Positions 50,901-61,600 of a DNA stretch of 64,000 nucleotides are shown here, piece after piece. The notes under the pieces were generated by a model. That model was not told where the DNA came from. It was given only the letters and a program-made list of their open reading frames with translations, and ran no database searches. The first letter of the stretch is position 1; the number at the start of each line of letters is the position of its first letter. Source of the DNA: Raillietiella orientalis (taxonomy: Eukaryota); the NCBI GenBank assembly GCA_036172245.1, contig JAYWIR010000053.1, positions 496,001 through 560,000 of the forward strand, given 5' to 3'. Both the position numbers and the translations under genes were made by a program.

Positions 50901-52619
50901 GTGAAAGAGCTTGAAGAGCCATTGGAACATTCACTAGAACCATGGAGTTGTTAAGTTCTTGTGCGGCTGTTCGAAGCTTTTGGTGGTCGTCGTCGGCACA
51001 CCGGAAGATTCTCTTATGTGAATTTTGCAAATTTGCTTTCAGAGCCGACGGTTCCACTCCCAGTGGAATTCTTCTTCAGAGTTTCGATTCTTGAAGCGAG
51101 GAATGCAAAATGAAAGATTCCATCCGGAAGCGGTTCGAGTGCTCTTGTCAGGGCATTGACAGATCTCTTGCGATAACAGTGAAGGAAAGGGCATTCTGGG
51201 ATACGAAGCTGATCGTTGGAAGGCCAAAGAGACAGAAACTTGCCAAAGGAAGAAGAGACACCATCACGAGTGATGGGTGATTCGCGGCCCAGCTTCCGGA
51301 ACAAAAGAGGCGTTAACGTGAGAAAGAAGCGAAAAGACTGCGAGGGTAATCTTCCATGCCGGGTCATTTTGCGTCGCCGCTTGGAATGGACGCATGTTGG
51401 TGGAACAGAAAGTCTTTTGCAGCTCCGAAAGGTTGACGGAAAGAAGTCAGGAGGGCGCCTGCGAGGGCGTGGAAAGGCGGACGAGAGACTTGGCAAAATG
51501 CTGGTTTCGAAGAACAGCAATGCCAGTTAGAAGAGCTTCCTGAATTATAGAGGGGTGTTTTTTAAATTCCAAAGATGCATTGAGCAGGAAGCTGCATGCG
51601 TGGACGGATACCTGAAGATCGTAGTCGGTGTGGACACGGGTTTTTGACAATCAACAGCAGCCCTCAGAACAAGAGCAGCCCGGGATGCGGAAGATCTCTT
51701 CATACTTTTTTTTTCGGACTACCGCAAACACCCAGAGGAGGCACACAAGGGGGAATCATCTTTGCGGGAAACTTTGATGCGGACAGCGCTCTCTTCTCTC
51801 GTGCCTGTGATATGACCCCCCAAAGGCGCCACCGCGAATCGAACTGACCTCCATTTGACCCTCTGCCTATTTCGTTTCGAAAAGGAAAATAATCTCTCCC
51901 GACGAGGTGTAAGTGGACACATCTTCCGGTCAGCAGATTCCGAGAGCACCGCGTCCTCTGTGCAGTGCCGTCAGAGAAGTCCGAATGCGGAAATGCCCCG
52001 AGTCCCTGTCAGGCTCAGCGCAACTCCCACCCAAAACATCTCCTGTGTGCCTCATGGCGTGTCTGACTCAAAATCCCGAAAGATCTTTAAAATAAGTGCA
52101 TATGTCTATTATATACATTAATACATAAATTAACGTATATATCAATATATTTAGTAGAGATTACAAAGAATAAACACATATGATCATTACATATTTTGAT
52201 ATAATTAGTAATACGCTCGTTATGCATAGAAATATATATATTTGTATGCATATTAATTTACAGGTCTATCATAAAGATTATAAAAAAAATTGTGCTTACT
52301 ATGTATACTAATATATGTATTTATATATAGATTAATCTGCAAATTTTTGTTTAAAAGCACATGTTATTGATGCAGTTAGAAATATGTATTAATATATTGT
52401 TGATATATGTATTTTCATGTAATATTCAATATATATAGATATCATAATACATATAATCTTCAAGGAATACATAAATAATATTAAAATTATATATATTATA
52501 TATTGATATTGATTCTATATATATATATATAATTTTAATATAAATTAAAATATGCATTGAAACATATATATATTATAATTTAATACAATTTTATTCATAT
52601 ATATATAAGTTTATTCATG

Positions 52620-52667
<48 letters not shown>

Positions 52668-55600
52668 AATTATAAAGAAAATAATGATGCCAACTGAAAA
52701 TAGTGGAAAAAACAAAAAAGAAATTTGGTATTTCCTTTTCCTGTCATTTCCAATCCTCAATACTTGAAACTCACAGGAAATGATGAAATGCCTTTTCGGG
52801 ATTTTGATCTTTTGATAAATAGATATGTTTATAATTCCATTTTATACATTCATTTCATATACATTGATTATATGTATGAATCTTTAAATATAGTGAACAT
52901 GTATATTTATTTGTTATAATCTCTAATATATATTAATAATGTATCAACGCATATTGTTAATTGTATTAATATCTGTCAGCACACATATTAATATTATTAT
53001 TAATAATAATGAAAATGCTGAAATACATTTATATTTATATTGATAATACATTAACTCACATTATTGGTTTTATTAATATGTATCAGCATACATATTATTA
53101 TTTATAATCTTCGATCTCCAATATATAATTATTTATGAGTATTTTTATATTGTATATTTAGTCTCTAATGTATGTTGAGTCTCTACAATGACTGTCTGTG
53201 TTGAAATAAATTTATATTACATATCAATATACATAATAGAATATGGGTTTATTTTTTTACGACCTTTACAATATTTGCTACAGTGATATTAAGCTATATA
53301 TCAATATGCACATATGGTGAGCATGTGGATTTCTTTTTTGTGATCGTTCAGGATTTTCTATCTGCACCGGGTTCATGGCAGGCCTTCTGGTCGACACACG
53401 TCATACCGATTTCTTTCGCATCTTTTTTCCAGAATTCCTTGGTCACATCTTTGAACGGCACGGGCGTGGAAGTTGACCTCAACGACAAGCAATGCAGCCT
53501 GGCTGGAGAACGGGACGGATTCGATAATGCTGACATCGCAGTGATGTAAGCGATACGTTGGACATTCTTCACTTCTTCCACGGTTTGTCCGTCGAGGGCA
53601 AGGATTTCAGCACTTCCCAACCTCTCCTTGGGAGCATTTTCACAATTCTCTTCTTCCCTCTTCCCAACAACTACCGCCATTTTGTTTAGAAACTGTCAAT
53701 TTCGCCTTCACGCTTCCCACTCGCATTTGAGATTTTTGCTGCAGTTTCTGGAACAGGGCTGCTAACAGGGGATGCTCCGGATCAAGCACGAGGCCTACGA
53801 GCTTAGGGTCATGTTCTTTGACTTTTGAGCAGAGTCTCTCTTCAGGAGTTCTCATTTGTTTCTCTGCTCAAAGAGCTGCCTCTTTGATCTCTGACACAAA
53901 CGCTGTCTTCCGCGTTTCTCAGTAATACATCAAAGGAGATGCGCAAGGAATGGCGCGGCACTGAGGAGGCGAGTCGGTGGAGTCGATGCTGTTTGTGCAC
54001 TCGACCAACCCATCTTCTAAGACGCGTGTTCCTTGGCTCTTCAGCCCGTTGCCCTGCTCTGCAGGAACCACGAAATTCACATTCGAGGAGCTTCAACTGC
54101 TACTACAGATGGCAGGAGTGAATGTTGCGCAAAGACAACCATCGGCGCCTTGTCGACTCATCCTTGGATGGGTCCAGATGAAATGAGGGCAAGGCCTCCT
54201 AGATTATTTTTTTTTTTTAAAGGCCAGTAGCGACCTCACGAGGAGATCGTTACCATTGGCCTAGGATGATTGAAATCCTTTTTGGGTTCATCTGTTTTCG
54301 CTGCTTGCTTCCGGTGTCTCAGAAAGCCTCGTCTAAGCACTTGGATGTCCAGTCTTTCTTCTCGCCGCTGATCTGGATACATTGAAGAAACGAGATGCTT
54401 GAAAGTCTCAGGTTTTTCTTTCTTTTCTTCGTTTTCTCCGGAAAACAGATGCAGCATCCTAACGAGCTGAAAACAAAACGATTCTTGCGCGACAGATGCC
54501 CTTCGATTAAAGACCTGCTGAATCTCGTTGTCGAACGATCGATCCATCCTGCTGCATTCTCCTCTTCAGCCTTTTGGAAGAAAGATAAAGGTAACATCAA
54601 GGTCGGTCAAGTGCTTTGGTAACCCTGCAGGTAAGCTCACTACGACGGCCTCTAGCGATAAGGAGAACTTTTCCGAGCGTCTTGTCTTCTCAGAACATGT
54701 GGAGGCGCGGATAGAAACAGATGAAGGTGCAGCATCGAATGCACAGCATGCCGCGACTGCGGACAGACAACCAGAAATCGCTACCAAGTACAGGGGGCTA
54801 CGTTTTTGGAAAAGAGTTTGCCAGTTCTTGTCCTCTTATTCCCTGCTGAATACTCAAGAGCCGTTCGCCTCCTTGGGGATGGGAGGGGGGAGAAGAAGCT
54901 CTTCAATGCTGTCCACTCCACCCCACACGAGGATGCGTATTTACTCTTCAAATTATAGGGGCCCAGTAGGTCTCTTTAGAGTGCAAGAAGGGCGCTCCTC
55001 AAAGGCAGTAGAGCGCTTCTTACACTCTGGAGGGGCGAACCACGAGGGGGCATCAACCAGCTCCATGGTCCGGCTCCCTTTCCACAACCGGAGGGCAACC
55101 TTGAAGGGAACTGCGTCTGCCTGGTTCCTGGAAGGACCCCGGATGGTTTACTTCCGATCCCGGCCAGTCATCAACCCCATCCGACTTCCACCAGTGCCTC
55201 TCCCGAATAGGCCAACCAGCGCCATCTCGCAGGGGCGCTCCAAACTCACGACACGCTCCCCGTTCACGGCGTCCACCCTTCCCCGGTGGTATTCGAACGC
55301 GTGCCTCCTGGTACCGCGCGCGGAGACCGAGGCTGCCAACGAGAGCTCGTAGCGTCCACTGAAGAGACAGTCCAGATGCCCTCAAGTCTTACGGCGACAA
55401 TGACCAGATAAATCAAGACCAAACTCCCGTCTTCTGCTCACGCTAAATTCCCGCGGTCTTCAGGCCATCAGCTGCGACGACGGCCTGGGACGAAATTGTC
55501 CCAGTGATTTCGCGAAGCTCCTTCTCTGCCGCCAAGATGGCTGCCCGACGATCGGCTCAGGAGCTCTGGGGTCCGCTGCTCTGAGGCGCACTGCGCGGAG

Positions 55601-58600
55601 CTGCGGACCGAACGCCTCCAACGCTCCTGAAGAGGGCTCTCTTCCTGGAATGGTGGGCGGTTTACTTGAATGCTAAGGTTCCCTTATTTCCAGATTCATC
55701 CTCTGCCTCGTCGTCCTGCTCTGCCTCTTGAGCACCGCCTACGATCTGTGGCTCCGGTGGTCGAGATCCACGAAGCTGCCTGCCATCTCCCTCATCGGGC
55801 AGCAGGAGGATGGCCCCACAGACGAGAAGGCTTCGCGCGGCCGCAAGAGTGAGTCCAGACTTCTTCGGCCCCCAGGGTCGGACCGAACCGCGCGATTTCC
55901 AGGAAGAGACCGGGTGCTCGCCTCCTTTTCTTTGTACAGCAACGGGAAGAGGCTGCTGGACACATCTCAGTCGCCGGGAGAGCTGTCGTGTCTGCATGGC
56001 ATCAGGTAATCCGCTCGCCTACGCCCGGATGCTCCGTGCACAGGCGCGCCACCGCTCGCTCAGCCGCGGCTCGAGGCGAGCGCCGCCTCTTGACCGGCGC
56101 GCGAATCGGAGCGGCGTCTGGGGCCAGGAAAGTCCCAAAGGTGGAGGGCCGCCCGGTGGCCTTCTCCACGCGGGGACGCGCGCGTGCGTTCCGAGTGCCA
56201 CAGGAAGCACTCGGCCTCGGTCTCGACCCCGCTCAGTGCCCGTTTGCTGGTCGGTTCCGGTTGTTCTGCCTCTGGACGGGTGCCGCTTCCGCGTCCGTTG
56301 CCCTTCGCGGTCGGAGGAACGGCCCGACGGGGCCTCCGAAATTTTTCGCTCTTCCTGGACCACGGAATGCTCGTGCAGATGGGGAGTTCGTTCTGCCGGA
56401 ACCTAGTGGGGAGCGCACCCCCGCTGAGAGCCGGGCATTCAACCCCGGCAAACGTCAATACTCTCAAAGAACCAAAGCATCGTCCTCAAGTGTATATGAA
56501 TTTATATACAAATATGTAAATTAATGTGTAATAAACACATAAATTAGATCGATAATAAGCATGTTAATAAAGACTAATAAATATGTATGTTAAAATATTA
56601 CTATTAACAATAGATATGTCAATAAATATTAATAGTATGTATATTAAATAAGTTTGCATATTATTTCATATATAAATATACATATAGTATATATAGCGTA
56701 TACGATATTATGTATGCATTATACGTGTATATATTGTATATAATTAATGTCTATATTTGCTTTTTAAATCTTGATAATATACATTAACCTATACATTGAT
56801 CTAGATAGGACTTTATATATAAAATAAACACACGAATTAAGTTTTTGTAATCCTTATAATATATACTAGCTTATATACAAATATGTGTTAATATATAATT
56901 AGCACATCAATTATAATAATAATATACGTGTTAATAAATATACAGTATATACAGTTATATCTGCATTAATGTATAGATTAATGTCTATTATACATATTAA
57001 AAAAATGAATACGTGTATATTATATACAGATAGATAGACATCTCCATGGGGGCTGCTGGCAACCGAGCTTTTCGATCTGCGGATGCAAAACCTACGCATC
57101 CGACGGCAAGAGAAGCGATCAGGGTTGCCAGCCATCAAAGTTGCCGCAGGTTTCGCTGCGCAAAGGAGGCCGCTCTGGTGCACGGGAGCTTCCGACGTGC
57201 TCGGCGGAAGCGGAAACCCTCTTCCGCAAACGAGCGACCTCCGGTCAACGAAAGCCTCAGCAGCAGCAGCGTGAAGCGCGAACGGTTCGAGGCAGCGCAG
57301 GCGCAAAGCTACGGGCGCGATGGGCGCAGAAGTGGAAGGAACTTCTTGCGGCGGCGCGTGGTTCGTGCACCCCGCAGGCCGGACCGAGTAGATCCGGGCG
57401 CTGAACTGGAAAAACAACTCGAAGCAGAACCGTCTATGAGCCATCTTGAAGAACCTGTCCGATTGCAGGTGCTTCACCATGAGCTGGATCATCTTGGGAC
57501 ACACGTTCACCACAGGGATGGGACCATATTATACGAACCTTGTGGACGTCGCAGCAGTAAGTTGGAATCCTCCCCAGTCTTCAGCACTTTGTCGAACTTC
57601 CCGAGGACCGGAAAAGAACTCTTCGGTGCGAGTGTGGCTTTCTGTAAGCCATGCTTTTCGCCGAGTCGCCTCAGTCCACGAAATCGCGGCAGAGCTTTCC
57701 GCACCTTTTCCTGTTCGCTACGCGTGGTAGCTCTTGGCAAATTTCTTTAGCATCTCGGTGCTTCTCGAACCCCAGAATCCTCCATCACAAAGACCCTTAC
57801 TGCGGGGACCAGCCAACGGAAGGAAGGGCGGCAGCCTACCCAGTGAGAACTGTTCCTTACCCATGAGTCTCCGACCATCCATCTCTTTCGCAAACCACGT
57901 GCCTTCTAGACCGAGCGCTTCCTTCATCGCGTGCCGTGGAACTGGTTGGTACCCGCTTCGGGGATTGGCTCTCCAGAGTGCAAGAAGCGCGTTGCTCCCT
58001 TCGGGATTCCCTTCGGAGACAACCAAAGAGGAAAGCTGCGCTTTAGAGTTCAGAGTGACTCGATTCACCGGAAGGTCACCGCCAGCGAACTGGGTGGGTC
58101 CTTCCATCTGAATTCCCTGATGTCCCACGGGAACCTGCATCCCGGTATCTGCCCTGGATGATGCGTCCAGCTCTGGGAACCGGGAAGGCACGGGTCACAG
58201 TCCATTTCCGGGGGGTCTAGCAGGATTGCCCTAACGCTCCCGGCCTGCCCACGGGGGCAAGCCGCACGGAGCAGATCCACTCGTGAAACCTCGAAAATCA
58301 ACCGATATGCCACGCAAAGCGGGGAGTCGGGAACAGACCGGGCTATTCGGGAGCTTAGGCGTTTCCCGCGGGGCACCCCTCGAAATGACCGCGACGCGGG
58401 AGACACCGACCGCTAAGAGTGCAATCAATCTCGCGGTGCATTGCCTTGGTCACATAAGCTGTATCGTGGATCACAGAGACCCTCAGGTGCATTTCCTGTC
58501 CTTCCCGTTGACGCGAGTCTTCTTCCCCTTTCGCCTGCCGTCCAGGATTTCGCTCAGCACCATCGAAAGTTCTCCTCTTCCCGCAGGCGGCTTTCCTCGC

Positions 58601-61600
58601 CACTTGATCCGCCACCTGATCTTCGTGAGAGCAGCACTGAGCCGAAGAAACCTTGTAAAGTGCTGATTTGACTACACAGATGCCAAGTCCGGCCACACCC
58701 ACAGGGACGAATCAGGTCGCCGTCGACGTGCCCGGAACTTTCCTTCTCCGTTCTTGTCCCGTCTGAGAGAGAGTTTCCTCAACGCCGGCACCTCTTGGCG
58801 CGCCTGCTGAAACCTTCTAGTCAAGAGGATTCCTCTCCGCAGAGAACTGATGATTCCAGAGAGAATTCTCATCCCATGTTCTTTCCTCCCTCCTTCAACC
58901 CTACAGGAGCATGCTTTCGTCTTTGAAATCCAGGGGGGATCCCATTCGCCCCAGTTGCTTTCTCACTCCCGCCTACCGTAGAAAGCAAAGGTGTTTCCGT
59001 AGCAGCGGCTATTCTGTCGGTTTTTGCTCAGGAGGAAGGTTTTCCAGCCCCTCCAGAGAAACCCGGGCGGGGCTGCCTATGTGCTCTCCCTGATCCCTTC
59101 GTGGATGCTGGGTGCAGCCATAGTTGCGAAGAACCCCGGTGGCGAGGGAACAGTCACATGCAGCCGCAGTGACGAAGAGCCTTCGGTAGCTAAGAAACGG
59201 CCGTGTGCAGTAGCCACAGTGGCGAAGGAACAGCCGCGTACAGAGACTGTCGCTGTACTGGACATGGAGTCAGCAGTCACATAAGGGTCTGACTAGCGTG
59301 AGGGCGCGTAGGGCGGATAGTTTGTCAGATATGCCCTCTGCAATTCTCCGGGGCCTTCCTGCGTGGGGATCCGGGGAATCTCCAGCCCAGGGTTTGCTCT
59401 CCCGGGACGAAAAGAAACAGGAACCCATTGTCTGCATTCCACCTGCATTCAACCTCTTCTTCTGGTTGTCCCTGACGGCAGCTGAAGCGACTCTTAGGAT
59501 TCAAGCAGTAGGGGCAGGTATCGTCCTTCCCTGTCCTTCCCAAGAAGCACTTCGCTCCCGAAGAGGCGCCTTCTTCGGACAGGCGGTCCAGAGGTCCTTC
59601 CAGGGCTATGGGCCCTCCGCGGCTTGGGAAGCCTTCAAGGAGGGATCGCGCGCGGGAAGGAAGAGAAGAAGGGGCGGACCGGGAGTTCGCTCGCCTCGCC
59701 CCGCATAGACCGACCGCTCTGGGAGCATCCACCTATTCCAGTTCCTCCAGAGAGAGAGCTCTCAGATCATCTCCAACTCCTGGTTCAGCGTGGACACCTT
59801 CTTCTTCGTCTCCGGGCTGCTGGTCACCCTCATCACGATGCGCTCGCTGGACAAACTGCGCAACCGGCCTGTGGGGGTGCTCCACATGGTGCTCACGTCT
59901 TACGTGAACCGGTACTTCCGGTGAGTGGGAAAGCCACACCGGCGCGCCCGTTCCCCTGCGTGTCCCTCCCACCCGGCTCCTCCCGAACCGCCCCCTTGCA
60001 GGCTGACTCCGCTGCTAGCAGCACTCCTCGCCTTCAACTCCACCCTGTACGCCCACCTAGGCAGCGGCCCCATGTGGAAGGATGTCAGCTACTCCCAGCA
60101 CCACGACAAATGCCGGAAGTACTGGTGGACGTTGCTGCTGTACGTGCAGAACTACGTGGACATCGATGAAGATCCTTCCCAGGTATCAGCTCGCACAGCA
60201 GTCCGGGACTCCGGGGCGCGGGGGAGGGACCCTCCACGACTTCCTTCTCCGCCGGCGTCTGCGAAGGGTTCGCCTGCGACGGGCGTCCGGGAGTGGACCG
60301 GGACTGTGAGGTGAGGTGTTCCCATCTTCGGGACCCGCGAAGCTCCTGCTTTCCTGCCAGAGGTCAACTTCTGACCTCTAACCGATCCTCTGTCGAGCCC
60401 TGAGGGAGACTTGTTACTCTGCAACCGCCAGAGATCGGGCTGCCCCAGGTCGGCGTTTTCGGCAAAAGAAGCGACGTCTGCGATCGGCTGGGGTTTGCGA
60501 TCTCAGCGCCTCCCTCTTCCTTCTCCTCCTCTTCCTTCCCCTTTTCTTTTCCTCCCTTCTTCTCCCACCTCCTCTCCCTTCCTTCCTCCTCCTCCCTTGC
60601 TCGCCTGGAGGCTGCAGGCCCACGGTTCCACGAGCTCTAGCGCCGAGGTCCGCACCCTTGCCCCTTCGACACAGCTCCAAACTTCCACTCCGACTCCAGG
60701 GATTTCCGCCGCCATGACTCGCGCGCGAGCGCCGTGTCCCTCGTTGGTAAGGGGCGAAGTCTTGCAGTCTCCTGGCGGCTCCGCCACGCGGCGCCTGCGC
60801 CCGGCCTCAGGGGCGGCCGCCGGCGAGTGCCGCCGCTACGTCGGGCGACGTATGGTTCCGAGCGAAACTTCCCGCTGCTGCGTTGGGAGGGGGGGGAGGG
60901 GGGTGGACTTTCGGCTGTGACTTCGTGCTGGCTCCGCGCTCTTCCCGCAGAAGGGTTCGGAGATTCCTCGCCTGCTTCTCCCGTAACGCGCGGGGAGGCG
61001 GGAACGGCGTGGCGCCGCTGCGGAAGCTCCTCCCCTTGGCGGGATGCAGGAACTCCCGAGTTCTCGATGCCCGCGAGCCGTCTCTTCCGGGGTCTTCGCT
61101 CCCTGCCGGCCCGAGAGGACCGGCCTGCATTCTACGCCCCTGAAGTCCAAGATCGGAAGTCCAAGGGGGCACCTCCTCCAGGGGAGCTCTCACCATTCTC
61201 CCATTGCAGTGCATCCCGCAGTCCTGGTACCTGGCATGCGACATGCAGTTCTTCCTGGTCTCCCCGCTCTTCCTCATCCCCCTGCACAAATTCAGGAGAG
61301 CAGGTGAGGCGAAGGGGGCGATGCCTCTTCCCTAGACCCTGAGTTCCACCCCGTTCTTTCCTTCTCTCTCCCCGTCCTCTCTCCAGGGAAGGTCCTGCTG
61401 TCACTCCTGACCGTCGCCTCCATGGCCGTCCCCGGAGTCATCACGGCGATGGACGACTTCCCTCCTATGCCCATTCTGGGGACAGTGAACACCGACCCGT
61501 AAGTGACCGGAAGGGGTCCACTCGGAGGTTTCCGTGGAGGTCAGAGTGGAAGGAAAGGAAGAGGGGGAACAAGGAGGAAAGAGGAGGGGGACAAAGGGGG

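Noticed and set aside
52030..52070. SCVPHG as the missing NRF-domain exon of gene B
   Set aside because: It lacks proper splice sites. The true exon is 48691-48805 (GICHPSTC) with correct phases.
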